Below, piece by piece: positions 27,533 through 37,907 of a stretch of 64,000 bases of DNA. Numbering within the stretch: the first letter of the stretch is position 1; every line of letters begins with the position of its first letter. The notes below the pieces were generated by a model, which made no database searches, was not told where the DNA came from, and worked only from the letters and a program-made list of their open reading frames with translations. The stretch is from Fibrobacterales bacterium. Its GTDB lineage: Bacteria; Fibrobacterota; Fibrobacteria; Fibrobacterales; JAOPTW01. The stretch lies in the NCBI GenBank assembly GCA_051532035.1, contig JAOPTW010000006.1:128001-192000 (forward strand), written 5' to 3'. The position numbers were made by a program, and so were the translations under genes.

Positions 27533-28207
27533 ATGAACACCTTTTTTGTACTCCTTCTTTTGAGCGCACTATCACTCAGTGCCTTTACTCGCAATATTAA
27601 ACCTGGAGGCATTTCCTACTCTGCATCACTGCACTTTGGCTGGCAGGATAGTGAAATACACTTTGGGGGCACTGATTCAATACCATTTTATGATCACAAT
27701 CCAGAGACTGTAACTGACTCACTCACCGGACACGCTCCAACACTCAGCTTTTACTCCGGCCCTGTATACGACTTCCGCCTATCAGCTCACGTAGGAGCTC
27801 AACAACTAAAAATATCACTTGCCCTAGTGGATCACGATCTCTCATATCCCACGCAGAATGAGACCTCTCTCTTTTATCGCCTCAGCATTGCCTACCAATA
27901 CACTTTTTTCCAAGAGTGGATACTATCCCCTTATATCTCCCCTGGCATGGGCTTTCATAGGATCACTGTGGATAATGGATTTAATGATGTAACCGGCCAA
28001 ACACGAAATTTCACTCTTACAGGAAAGCACTATCACATTGAGACTGGTATTGAGTACCCTCTCTTTGAACACCTTACCCTTACAGGTGGTGTGCTGTATC
28101 GCTGGACAAACTATCAAAACTTTGGAGTCGGTACAGAGACCAGTTATCAGCTTAATAAGTGGGGCCGTGAATTAAATGGAATGATTGGAGTTCGCATCCC
28201 CTTCTAA
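27533..28207 (+). CDS. Putative small outer-membrane beta-barrel protein
   Basis: Signal peptide, alternating beta-strand pattern (LSPYISPGMGF, YHIETGIEY), C-terminal Phe. Confidence 0.65.
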   Translation: MNTFFVLLLLSALSLSAFTRNIKPGGISYSASLHFGWQDSEIHFGGTDSIPFYDHNPETVTDSLTGHAPTLSFYSGPVYDFRLSAHVGAQQLKISLALVDHDLSYPTQNETSLFYRLSIAYQYTFFQEWILSPYISPGMGFHRITVDNGFNDVTGQTRNFTLTGKHYHIETGIEYPLFEHLTLTGGVLYRWTNYQNFGVGTETSYQLNKWGRELNGMIGVRIPF

Positions 28208-28228
28208 TGAATTAAAAGGGAATTGCAC

Positions 28229-28951
28229 CTATAGATCGAAGTGAAATCCCATCTCTTGAAGCTTGTTATATTTTCTCTTATCAAAACGATAATATCGAGC
28301 CGCACGATGTGAAACACCTGTTTGGCGTTCATTCAGTGCCACGAGGAAATCCATTTTAAGAATTTTTTTACGGAAATTACGCTTATCAAGCTCTAATCCG
28401 AGAATCTCTTCGTACAGCTTTTGAAGTTCTGTAAGAGTAAATTTACGAGGAAGAAGTTCAAAACCGATTGGTTCATAGCGTACTTTTGATTTAAGGCGCT
28501 TGTGTGCCGCCTCAAGTATTTCACCATGATCAAAAGGCATAGTCGGCGCCTCAGATACTTTATTCCAACTTATCTTACGCACGTTGTTACCCGCCTGTAA
28601 GTTGTAATCCTCAGGATTAATCAATGCATAGTAGGCAACAGTTATTACACGCTTAAGTGGATAACGCTCTACCTCACCAAAAGTGAAGAGTTGTTCAAGA
28701 AAAATATCTCGTACACCCGTTAAATCACCAAGAATTCTCTCTGAAGCATTTTCGAGACTTTCACTCACATGTACCAAACCACCAGGAAGTGCAAGCTGCC
28801 CCGCACACGGCTCAACATCCATCTCAAGAGTAATGAAATGGAGTGCATTCTCCACTACACCAAAAATGACATAGTCCACTGAGAGATGTTCTAGATACTC
28901 ATTCTGGTCACGATACGGAGAGGTTTCGGCGTCTTTGGTATTTATTGGCAT
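28229..28951 (-). CDS. NrtR/AraR-family Nudix-wHTH transcriptional regulator
   Basis: LSVDYVIFG, ALPGGLV..SESL, LEQLFTFG, C-terminal FTLTELQ.LYE.IL...LDKRNFRKKIL. Confidence 0.88.
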   Translation of the reverse strand: MPINTKDAETSPYRDQNEYLEHLSVDYVIFGVVENALHFITLEMDVEPCAGQLALPGGLVHVSESLENASERILGDLTGVRDIFLEQLFTFGEVERYPLKRVITVAYYALINPEDYNLQAGNNVRKISWNKVSEAPTMPFDHGEILEAAHKRLKSKVRYEPIGFELLPRKFTLTELQKLYEEILGLELDKRNFRKKILKMDFLVALNERQTGVSHRAARYYRFDKRKYNKLQEMGFHFDL

Positions 28952-29065
28952 GTGCTATCTCGAGGGTTTTAATCGTAAGTGAAAAATAACATAAAAGAGC
29001 ACGCTATTCAAAGAGTAACGTACCCATTAGATGGAAAAAAGTTCGTTTTTTTACCGATCACACTA

Positions 29066-30409
29066 TTATGTGTCAACTTCGACAACAGTACCTGACTTTA
29101 CTTCATCAGCTAGTGAAATTGAACGGTTATAACGCCCCTCTTTGGGGCCATTTTCAAGGTTAAGTACTCCACGTGGGCATGCAAGTGAACACATACCGCA
29201 CCCAACACAACTAGCACGTATAATATTCTCACCCCTTTGAGCATACTCACGTACATCAATACCCATCTCACAATAAGTTGAACAATTTCCGCATGACACA
29301 CATTGAGCACCATTAGTTGTAATTCTAAATCGTGAATTTACCCGTTGTAATATCCCCAGTATTCCCGCCATTGGACAGCCAAAACGACACCAGATTCGAG
29401 TTCCCAACAAAGGATACAACCCGACCCCAATTACTCCCGAGAGAACTGAGCCAATAAAAAAGCCATAAAACTCGGCAAGTCCTTTTGAGAAGCCAGTAAC
29501 CCACCCTGTCGCAAAAGAGAACCAGAGTGCCCCTGTGGCAAAAACAATAAGGCCCAGTACCGAGTAGATTGAAACCTTCTCAATAGACCAGGCACGCTTT
29601 GTTGAGCTTGACAGATGGCGCCATGTGTCGCCCGCAGTATTGGCAAGCCCACCACACCCACACACCCAAGAGCAGTACCACCGTTTACCATAGAGATACG
29701 TCAAAATAGGGGTGAGCACAAAAGTAAATGCAACTCCCCATACCAGCAAAACTAATGACAATTTCGCGGGGTTATTCATCAGCCCGATAAAATTCGTAGG
29801 AAAAAAGTCACTATAGCTCAGTGGCCACGAGTAGTTGAGATATTTTTCTGGCTGTTTAAAATAAACCAGTAGAGAGGGTATTAAAAATGCAAGAAAAAAT
29901 TGTGCAGCCATTACCACCGCAGTACGCACAATCTGATAGCGACTATGACGATAACGAATGAGAGCACGGGTCCCCATAACCACAACTGCAATGGTATAGA
30001 ACAGGCCATAAAAATACCACTGATCCGATGGTTTACCTCGAAGCCATTGACTTATGGGGTCACTCATTCTATAAAGATGCACAAGCGTGTGAGGCCACCA
30101 GTACCACAACACATAAAAGAGGGTGATAACCACACCTAATACCCATGCAGGAACCCCTCTATTGGTAACACCACTAAACATTGTGCCATTATTCATCACC
30201 CCTTTATGACGAGTGAGATACGTAGCGGCACTATGTCCGATAGTCCCGACAACGAGTGGCATCACCACAAGAAGCAGCACAAGAAGGGAGTGAGAAGAAC
30301 CATACCCAATAAGTGACAGGGCCAGAGCAATTAAGCCTATATAGATCATAACAATAGCAGCAATCTGTGCACCACTCCGTGTTTTAACATAACTGGTTAC
30401 ATAACTCAT
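29066..30409 (-). CDS. Polytopic membrane 4Fe-4S protein (NapH/MauN/YccM-like)
   Basis: Multiple TMs; CSWVCGCG and CRFGCP motifs; two ferredoxin motifs CVSCGNCSTYC and CVGCGMCSLACP. Confidence 0.85.
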   Translation of the reverse strand: MSYVTSYVKTRSGAQIAAIVMIYIGLIALALSLIGYGSSHSLLVLLLVVMPLVVGTIGHSAATYLTRHKGVMNNGTMFSGVTNRGVPAWVLGVVITLFYVLWYWWPHTLVHLYRMSDPISQWLRGKPSDQWYFYGLFYTIAVVVMGTRALIRYRHSRYQIVRTAVVMAAQFFLAFLIPSLLVYFKQPEKYLNYSWPLSYSDFFPTNFIGLMNNPAKLSLVLLVWGVAFTFVLTPILTYLYGKRWYCSWVCGCGGLANTAGDTWRHLSSSTKRAWSIEKVSIYSVLGLIVFATGALWFSFATGWVTGFSKGLAEFYGFFIGSVLSGVIGVGLYPLLGTRIWCRFGCPMAGILGILQRVNSRFRITTNGAQCVSCGNCSTYCEMGIDVREYAQRGENIIRASCVGCGMCSLACPRGVLNLENGPKEGRYNRSISLADEVKSGTVVEVDT

Positions 30410-31767
30410 ACTACTACCCCCTTTTTATTCCAGAGTCTCTTCCACAAGGGCGTTTGTAACCCTTTAGGCGTTGTAAGGGATACAGGTCCAAAAGAACGGT
30501 TAAAACACTCAATAACCGATTCTTCGAACCGGATAAAAAATTCAGGGTCGAAATTAAGCGCCCCTAAATGTTCCATCACATAGGTAATAGTTCGAGCTTC
30601 TGCTATCCACTTTTCGCAAATCTCATGTCGTGCTCTAATACCAAAAAAGTTGAATCCGGTTACGGCCTCTCCCTCTTTCTTGAAGGTCACCCGCATAAGG
30701 CGGTGTTCCTTTGAGTCTTCCCAGACAAACGTTGCTTCATCATTCACGGGCTTGGGAAGTACCATACCGTAGGTTTGATACTCAATATCAAAAAATTTGG
30801 CCGAGTTAAACCAAATTCCCGGAGTGTATTTACAGTCTCCCCCTCCAAGAATTGCACCCAGCGTCTCACCATGTGCTTTAGCCGTGTACCATACTTGCTC
30901 CACAGGGCGTCTCCCCGGAAGGGGCCCCCTAAACTGAGCGCAATCACCTACTGCATAGACATGAGGTATTGAGGTTTTAAATTGATGATCAATAAGGATC
31001 CCCCGTTCACACTCAAGTACGCTCTCTTTAACAAAATCAATGTTGGGGTGTACACCTACAGTTATACCTACAAACTGACAAGCGATCTCTTCACCTTCTG
31101 TCGTTATAATTTTTTCGACACGTCCCGATGCATCTTTTACAATCTCTTGAAGTTCCGATCCAAGACGCAGATCAACATGATGCTCTTGTATATGTCGTCC
31201 AATCATCTTGGACTCTTCGGGGGGAAGTACTGCACTCCAAAAAAGCTCTTCACGCACCAAAAAAGTGACCGGTATATTTCGAGAAAGCAGCATCTCTGCA
31301 ACCTCAACCCCAATGAGGCCTCCACCTACAACAACTGCTCGTTGAATATCTTTGGTATGGGTCTCCATTTTTTTAAGATCATTCATTGAATAAAACCCTT
31401 GCACCCCAGTAGCCTCTTGACCCGGCCAACCAAAAAAATTTGATGCAGAGCCCGTGGCAAGCACAAGCTCGGTATAGGTAATAACAGAATTATCCTGTAA
31501 TTTCAATTCTTGCTTAGTATAGTCAACTTCGACCACTTCATTTTGAATGAGAGAGATATTCTGCGCTTTCCAAAAAGATGACTCATAGGGTTGTGTCTGC
31601 TCCACGGTCATGTGGCCCATGTATATATACATAAGTGCAGGACGAGAAAAAAAGTAAGGGCTCTCTTTAGAGATAATGGTAATAGACCCACTGCTTTGCT
31701 TTGCCCGAAGGGCTAATGCAGCAGAAACACCGGCAGCTCCATTTCCAATAATAACAACATGACTCAT
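30406..31767 (-). CDS. FAD/NAD(P)-dependent oxidoreductase (Pyr_redox family)
   Basis: VIIGNGAAG, LVLATGS, VVVGGGLIGVE, VYAVGDCA; ATGA overlap with the 4Fe-4S gene. Confidence 0.88.
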   Translation of the reverse strand: MSHVVIIGNGAAGVSAALALRAKQSSGSITIISKESPYFFSRPALMYIYMGHMTVEQTQPYESSFWKAQNISLIQNEVVEVDYTKQELKLQDNSVITYTELVLATGSASNFFGWPGQEATGVQGFYSMNDLKKMETHTKDIQRAVVVGGGLIGVEVAEMLLSRNIPVTFLVREELFWSAVLPPEESKMIGRHIQEHHVDLRLGSELQEIVKDASGRVEKIITTEGEEIACQFVGITVGVHPNIDFVKESVLECERGILIDHQFKTSIPHVYAVGDCAQFRGPLPGRRPVEQVWYTAKAHGETLGAILGGGDCKYTPGIWFNSAKFFDIEYQTYGMVLPKPVNDEATFVWEDSKEHRLMRVTFKKEGEAVTGFNFFGIRARHEICEKWIAEARTITYVMEHLGALNFDPEFFIRFEESVIECFNRSFGPVSLTTPKGLQTPLWKRLWNKKGVVV

Positions 31768-31878
31768 AACGAACCCAATCAAATGATTTCTCTTTAGTGA
31801 AAGGTATCACACTTTCCTTACAGATTGAGGATATTTATTTGATAAAAAGATTAATTAGGAAGGAAGGCCTGAATAGCC

Positions 31879-32151
31879 CTATAAGGATCCATTAATAAGT
31901 GACACTACTACATCACGATCAGTGTGGGTTGGTGCATCACCAAAATCAAAGGATTTTCGTTCCCAAGTTCCGTCTTCTTTAAGAACCCCGCCCCACACAA
32001 TATCATCATACTCATACCCTGAAGCTTGTTGTAAAAAAAGATGCCGCGTAAGCTCTTTTGAAAAAAAGACACTATTATCAAAAGTGACAATGTAGGTGAT
32101 TTTGGGTACATTGCCGTTGCGTACTGGAAGCTCTCTAATTTCAAAATGCAT
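31879..32151 (-). CDS. Hypothetical protein (90 aa)
   Basis: GAGG upstream of ATG; fills the gap between co-oriented genes; no motif recognised. Confidence 0.55.
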   Translation of the reverse strand: MHFEIRELPVRNGNVPKITYIVTFDNSVFFSKELTRHLFLQQASGYEYDDIVWGGVLKEDGTWERKSFDFGDAPTHTDRDVVVSLINGSL

Positions 32152-32203
32152 GGTAACTGATCCTCAGAAGGTTTGCCCTAATATAGGCTACTCTTTAACG
32201 AAC

Positions 32204-33163
32204 TCAAAGACTTTTCTCTTTTACGAGGGCGGCAAAGCCCTTAATCCACTCTGGTTCGCTATTAAGTGATGGAATAACCGAGCACGATTCACCACCAAGT
32301 TCAAGAAAAAGGTCACGATACTCCATTCCAATTTCTTCGAGAGTTTCTAGGTTATCGGCAACAAATGAAGGGCTCGATAGTGCAATGCGCTTTATTCCCT
32401 GCTCTCTAAGACTGCGAATAACATCATCAGTTGCAGGAGAAAGCCACTCACCTGGCCCAAACTTTGATTGAAAACAGGTAATTATGTCGTCAGAGTCTAA
32501 TGAGAGCTCTTTTTTGAGTAATGCAACGGTACCCAGACAATGAGTATAGTAAGGATCACCTGCGTTAATTTTGTTCATAGGATACCCATGAAAAGAGAGG
32601 AGGAGCTTTTCTACCGGCTCTCTCTTTAACTGTCTTCGATGAAGCTCTCCAATGGGTTTTATATAATAAGGAGAGTCGTAAAAAGAGGTAACAAGGTTTA
32701 CTTTGGGATTCCATCGAAGTGACTTTAAACCCTTTAAGAGAGCGTCTTCAGCAGAGGTTGTCATCGCCTCCGCAAATTGTGGATACAGTGGAATCACCAT
32801 AAGGTCTTCAGTACCGCTCTCTTTGAGCTCTTGCAGTGCCGTTTTAACCAGTGGCTCCATTCCATGTACATATGCATGACGCACTTCAAAAGTATCGCCA
32901 ATTATTTGAGCCACCCCTTGGGTGAACTGCTCGGTATAATAATGGAGGGGGAGTCGATCGTCAACCAATATAGAACGATATTTTTTGGCAACTTTTGGCA
33001 CTCTTTTAGGTAAAATCACTGCTCGGAGTAGTATTTTCCAGAAAATTGACTGTTTTACCAACCGGGGGTCACTTAAAAAGCTTTTGAGATACGCATGTAC
33101 ATCAGATTCTGAGCCAGAAGCTGGAGATCCCAGTTGAATGAGTAAAAGACCCTGCTTTTTCAC
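32204..33163 (-). CDS. hemH: Ferrochelatase
   Basis: GLLLIQLGSP, PLYPQF, LLLSFHG, FQSKFG..EWL.P, FVADNLETLEEI. Confidence 0.95.
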   Translation of the reverse strand: MKKQGLLLIQLGSPASGSESDVHAYLKSFLSDPRLVKQSIFWKILLRAVILPKRVPKVAKKYRSILVDDRLPLHYYTEQFTQGVAQIIGDTFEVRHAYVHGMEPLVKTALQELKESGTEDLMVIPLYPQFAEAMTTSAEDALLKGLKSLRWNPKVNLVTSFYDSPYYIKPIGELHRRQLKREPVEKLLLSFHGYPMNKINAGDPYYTHCLGTVALLKKELSLDSDDIITCFQSKFGPGEWLSPATDDVIRSLREQGIKRIALSSPSFVADNLETLEEIGMEYRDLFLELGGESCSVIPSLNSEPEWIKGFAALVKEKSL

Positions 33164-33276
33164 AACAAATACCTAAAATTGGTCTACCTTTTTAACAACA
33201 TACAAATAAACAGTAAATATCTCACCTCGAAATTCCTATAAAGATAAGAGAGGGACACAATTTACAGGATAGAAAC

Positions 33277-33468
33277 ATGTTTGATTCAAATACAGCGCTC
33301 CACTCTCTTGATACGTTTTATGCTGAGATCGAAAAGACACTTGCACAGATAGAGCATGCTTCAGCACAACCTCAGGAAGGCTTCACAGCCACTGTTGATC
33401 ATATCAAGCAAGAGACTGGTCTCGATTTTTGGGAAACTCAACAACGCATTGACTCAATCAGTAAATAG
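33277..33468 (+). CDS. Small hypothetical protein (63 aa)
   Basis: AGGA upstream of ATG; occupies an intergenic gap; amphipathic helical appearance. Confidence 0.55.
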   Translation: MFDSNTALHSLDTFYAEIEKTLAQIEHASAQPQEGFTATVDHIKQETGLDFWETQQRIDSISK

Positions 33469-33474
33469 CACAAG

Positions 33475-35103
33475 CTAGCGTACTTTTTTCTTCATTTCTC
33501 TCACAAACTCATAGCACTGCCATAAAAGAATAATAAGGAAGAGGGCAAAAAAGATATTCTCAACACCATCGCCAATTAAACTATAGAGTGTCGTTCTATT
33601 CTTTAATGGAACCTTATGGCGCATCGCCTTTCTTTCAAAGAGTTCAGCGCGGTCTAATTCTGTCCCATAACTATCATAGAGTACAGAAATGCCAGTATTT
33701 GCACTTTGCACTATCGGAATTCCATTTTCAATCGCACGGAACCGAATGAGGTTTGCATGCTGATACGGCTGAGTTGAGCGTTTAAACCAAGCATCATTGG
33801 TGATCACCACTATGATTTTTGCCCCTTCACTTATAGCGTTGCGAATAAAATAAGGGTAGACTACTTCATAGCATATTTGTGGAGAAAACTTAATAGCATC
33901 CCATGCAGGCGATTCAGTCCCAGCGGTAAAATCACCCTCACCCATATTAAGATGTTGAATAGCAGGAATGATATCCTCCCAAGGGAGCCGTTCACTAAAA
34001 GGAACCAATCGGTTTTTATCATACTTCCGTCGTGCCACCGTAGAATCTTTCGAAAAGAGAAAGCCTGAATTGTAGACCTTATATTTTCGAATTGATCCTT
34101 TAATAGATCGTTGATAATCCAAAGCGCCAATAAGTATACTCGAGTGTTTATCATAGGCAAGTTTTTGAATACGCTCAGAAAGCCTACTTACCTTTCTTAA
34201 ATATTCGGGAATGGCCGTCTCGGGAAAGATAATAAGGTCTGCACTGTCTGAATTTATGAGGTCCGCAGTCGTTAAGGTCTGATCAATAACCTTATCAAAA
34301 TCTTTTCGAATCCACTTCTCTCTCTGTTCAATTGAGGGCTGTGCAACGACAATGTCTGCGGTATCAAGACTATCAGATCGACCTGATAAAATAACGAACC
34401 CCACAATGGCCATCACTACAATAGGTGCTAATCCATACCCAATATACCGATACTTTCTTTCCGTCCATGCGCGGAACCAATAGAGGTTTGAAATAACAAT
34501 AAGTGCACTGTACCCAAAAATACCGATATAGGCAAGCCCCTGCATAAGGGTTTGTGACCCTCCAAGAGTATAGCCTATATGCCCCCAAGGGAGAGATATT
34601 TCGCCTTTCGTTTTAACCAGTTCTATTCCAACCCAAATAATTGGATAGAGCATGAGTAGTGATCTATTATAGAGAAACTTAAATGAGAGCCCAAGAAATG
34701 TCACATAGAGGGCAAGATAGCTCATTAACAGAACCATCCCTATTCCAACAACAACACTGACATCCTGCCCAGAATCCATAACGTACGAAAGCCAATAAAA
34801 CATACAAACGTTATGTACAAAGCCACCAATAAACGAGATAAGAGCAACCTCTCGATAAGGACGCCCTTTTATCACCACAAAGAAGGGGGCCAAAAGTACG
34901 AATGAAAGTACTCCCTGAAATGCAAAAGGAAAATCTAACGAAAATAGTTTATAAGGGGGAAAGGTGGCAGCAAGAGCAATCCAACAAACAGTGGACACAC
35001 CAAGTGCCTTTAGAAATGATACATCACGAAAAAGCGCAACAACTATTACCGGTATACCAAGCAACTTTTTGAAACCCCTCAGAATATTTGAAATCATGAT
35101 CAC
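33475..35103 (-). CDS. lnt: Apolipoprotein N-acyltransferase
   Basis: N-terminal TMs; nitrilase triad motifs FPET, YDKNRLVPFSE, ICYE; TNDAWF, FRAIENG, ANTGIS. Confidence 0.94.
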   Translation of the reverse strand: MIMISNILRGFKKLLGIPVIVVALFRDVSFLKALGVSTVCWIALAATFPPYKLFSLDFPFAFQGVLSFVLLAPFFVVIKGRPYREVALISFIGGFVHNVCMFYWLSYVMDSGQDVSVVVGIGMVLLMSYLALYVTFLGLSFKFLYNRSLLMLYPIIWVGIELVKTKGEISLPWGHIGYTLGGSQTLMQGLAYIGIFGYSALIVISNLYWFRAWTERKYRYIGYGLAPIVVMAIVGFVILSGRSDSLDTADIVVAQPSIEQREKWIRKDFDKVIDQTLTTADLINSDSADLIIFPETAIPEYLRKVSRLSERIQKLAYDKHSSILIGALDYQRSIKGSIRKYKVYNSGFLFSKDSTVARRKYDKNRLVPFSERLPWEDIIPAIQHLNMGEGDFTAGTESPAWDAIKFSPQICYEVVYPYFIRNAISEGAKIIVVITNDAWFKRSTQPYQHANLIRFRAIENGIPIVQSANTGISVLYDSYGTELDRAELFERKAMRHKVPLKNRTTLYSLIGDGVENIFFALFLIILLWQCYEFVREMKKKVR

Positions 35104-35786
35104 CCTTTATTTTGTGGATGAAAAAAGAGAACAAATTCACCTTTTGGGGTTCGCTCTTTATAATGGGCAAGTAACTCTTTAGGAGTGCCACGGAGGGTCT
35201 CTTCAAATTTTTTGGTGAGTTCACGGGAAAGTGAAATGGTTATGTCACCATAAACGGTGTCAATCTCACCGAGAAATTTTACCACTTGGTAAGGTGAAAC
35301 ATAAAAACAGACCGTATAAGGGTGCTCCTTCAACCCTTCAAGATATTTTAGCCGTCGGGCACTTTTTTTAGGAGCAAATCCCTCAAATGAGAAGGCGTCA
35401 CTCGGCATACCGGATACCACAAGTCCACTCAAAAGAGCAGATGCACCTGGAATTGCCACCACCGGAATGTCATGTTGTATGGCTTCACGCGCAATATAAA
35501 AGCCGGGATCTGCAACACACGGAGTTCCCGCATCTGAAATCAGTGCGATACTCCCTTTGTTCTTTAAGTGATCTATATAGTGACCGGTTTTTTTCTCTTT
35601 ATTAAAATCGTGATAACTCTTCATATTCGTAGTTATCTCATAATGTTTGAGAAGCTTTGCACTGTTTCTTGTATCTTCTGCTAACACAAGTGAGGCCTCT
35701 TCTAGGATTCTCACTGCACGAAAGGTCATATCTTCTAAGTTCCCTATTGGTGTGCTCACCAAATAGAGTGTATGCTGGTTGTCCAT
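35100..35786 (-). CDS. rsmI: 16S rRNA C1402 2'-O-methyltransferase
   Basis: LYLVSTPIGNLEDMTFRA, AEDTR, SDAGTP, RELTKKFEE, KGEFV. Confidence 0.96.
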   Translation of the reverse strand: MDNQHTLYLVSTPIGNLEDMTFRAVRILEEASLVLAEDTRNSAKLLKHYEITTNMKSYHDFNKEKKTGHYIDHLKNKGSIALISDAGTPCVADPGFYIAREAIQHDIPVVAIPGASALLSGLVVSGMPSDAFSFEGFAPKKSARRLKYLEGLKEHPYTVCFYVSPYQVVKFLGEIDTVYGDITISLSRELTKKFEETLRGTPKELLAHYKERTPKGEFVLFFHPQNKG

Positions 35787-35794
35787 TGTTCCTT

Positions 35795-37729
35795 CTATTT
35801 TACCCGATACATTTCGATACGTCTGTTCTTCTGACGCCCGCTTGCAGTTCTATTTGTAGCTATGGGGTTTTTCGGACCATAGCCTTTTGAACGAAGCTGT
35901 TTTTTGGGTACTCCTACGGAGCGTAAATATTTTACTACTGAACGCGCGCGGCGTTTTGAAAGTTTTAAATTGGTACTTTTAGCACCTTTATTATCAGTAT
36001 ATCCTCTAATTTCGATTACGGCACTTAGATTCTCTTTTAATGTCTCAGCTACTTCATCGAGATTTTCATGAGAGTCTTCGGTTAAATCCGTCGAGCCTGT
36101 TCTAAAATTGACACCGTGAAGAACTATCTGAGTACGTCGCTCAATCATTGGTTTCGGTTTTCGATCGGGACACCCGTCTTCGTCTTCAAAACCATTCATC
36201 ACTTCTGCTGCATCAGGGCAGCGATCTAGTTTGTCTTCAATTCCATCTCTATCATTATCTTTGTCGGGACAACCGTCATCATCTTCAAAACCATCACGAT
36301 CTTCTTTCCTCTTAGGACACTGATCACCCACATCATTCACGCCATCTTTATCTGAGTCTTCAGTTCCATCAGGGCACCCATCATCATCTTCGAAGCCATT
36401 CAGGTCTTCAGGTTCATCGGGGCAGGCGTCTTTAGCATCTAAATAACCATCTTTGTCATTATCTAATTCTGGACACCCATCGGTATCCTCAAAGCCATCC
36501 ATATCTTCTGGCTCACCTGGACAGTTATCTTTCACATCAAAAATACCATCGAGATCATTATCTGCTTCGGGACAACCATCGTGATCTTCATAGCCATCAA
36601 AATCTTCAGCCTGATTGGGACAGACATCCTCACGGTTGATAAGGCCATCGAGATCATCATCCTGTGGAAGTAAAAAACCGTTCCACGATAACTGAGCTGA
36701 AAAACCCCACTTCACTGTGGGTTGCACATAATAATGTAATTGTTCGCTTGGGTCATTATCACTATCAGCAATGAGTGGTTGAAGTGTTGAAGGGTCTTGA
36801 TTGATATTTGAAAGCCCCCCATAATCGAGAGCCATAGAGATTGAGACCCCCTGTTCTGATTTAACAGAAAAACCAGGAGAGAGAATCAATGGGTCTCGTT
36901 CGAGGTCAAAACCATCTGCCCATTGAGAAAGCCGTGTTTGGCCTGAGAAATCACAAAAAAGAGCAAAGTAGCGATGTGGATTGTATGCTACCGATGCGTT
37001 AAGGAGAAAAGAATTGTCGTGATTGCCTGAATGGGTAAAGAGCATGCCATAGTTCACATTAAACTCAAGAGGTATGGGGTCCCACAACTCATTTAAATCG
37101 AGGGTCCAGAGCATCATCACCGTATAGGTTGGGTCCCATGCAGTATAAAAACCACCTTCAACTCCTGCCTCTTTAGGGGCGTAGTAACTCTCTTTAGGTA
37201 TAAATCCCTTAGTATCATCCCCTGTGGGGAAAGTCACTGCACCAAGAAGCGCCATATCAAAAACATGTGAATGCTTATACGGTGGATATTGAAGTTTACC
37301 ACGAAGCTCAAGGTCCCCTTGCCCCCATCCCGTCATGTGGCTCACATCTGAGGGTTCAATACCATCAGTGGTGAGGAGGTCAAGATAAAAGGGCATGGAT
37401 ATATTAAAATCAAAATAGTCGGAAATACCAATACTAATAAAGGCACGAGTGGATACATCAGCAATTTCACGAACACCATCAACGGTATCAACAGGATTTA
37501 CTGATTCGTCATTATAGAGCCACATCCGTTGTCGGTAAAGCTTATTTTTATCGAGGGAGAGATCACCACTGACACCTGCAGACAATTTACCATTGCCCAA
37601 TGTTTTTGCAGAAAAAGTACGAATATGGCCGTAGAGTCCATAGATATTTGGTGCACTGACCACCTCATTTTTAGCGCCAAAAGTTGTAGAATAGAGCAAA
37701 ATTAGTGCTGCTGCAATCAATTTTTTCAT
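35795..37729 (-). CDS. OmpA-family outer-membrane protein with thrombospondin type-3-like repeats
   Basis: Signal peptide, N-terminal barrel-like region, Asp-rich DxDxDG...CP repeats, C-terminal OmpA domain (GYTD...NLKLSKRRA...NRRIE). Confidence 0.9.
   Translation of the reverse strand: MKKLIAAALILLYSTTFGAKNEVVSAPNIYGLYGHIRTFSAKTLGNGKLSAGVSGDLSLDKNKLYRQRMWLYNDESVNPVDTVDGVREIADVSTRAFISIGISDYFDFNISMPFYLDLLTTDGIEPSDVSHMTGWGQGDLELRGKLQYPPYKHSHVFDMALLGAVTFPTGDDTKGFIPKESYYAPKEAGVEGGFYTAWDPTYTVMMLWTLDLNELWDPIPLEFNVNYGMLFTHSGNHDNSFLLNASVAYNPHRYFALFCDFSGQTRLSQWADGFDLERDPLILSPGFSVKSEQGVSISMALDYGGLSNINQDPSTLQPLIADSDNDPSEQLHYYVQPTVKWGFSAQLSWNGFLLPQDDDLDGLINREDVCPNQAEDFDGYEDHDGCPEADNDLDGIFDVKDNCPGEPEDMDGFEDTDGCPELDNDKDGYLDAKDACPDEPEDLNGFEDDDGCPDGTEDSDKDGVNDVGDQCPKRKEDRDGFEDDDGCPDKDNDRDGIEDKLDRCPDAAEVMNGFEDEDGCPDRKPKPMIERRTQIVLHGVNFRTGSTDLTEDSHENLDEVAETLKENLSAVIEIRGYTDNKGAKSTNLKLSKRRARSVVKYLRSVGVPKKQLRSKGYGPKNPIATNRTASGRQKNRRIEMYRVK
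36165..36662 (-). repeat. Five ~33-aa TSP3-like Ca-binding repeat units within OmpA
   Basis: D.D.DG.....D.CP...ED.DG(F/Y)ED.DGCP occurs 5 times (10 CP dipeptides). Confidence 0.85.
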
Positions 37730-37907
37730 ATCTTTAGTCCGTAGGTTGAGCTCGTAGGGTCTTTGTGTTACAAGTACGATAATGACCTTAAGATAGCTAT
37801 TTTGACTTTAATGACAGTAAGATTTACCTAAAATGACCAGAAAACCTACTTTTTTTGGTCACCTATACCCACATCAAAAATAGAACAAAAACAATTATAG
37901 GAACCTG

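Noticed and set aside
36165..36662. Periodic ~99-bp DNA repeats considered as a possible CRISPR array
   Set aside because: Degenerate, in-frame, encoding TSP3-like units within OmpA; no identical repeats with unique spacers and no cas genes.
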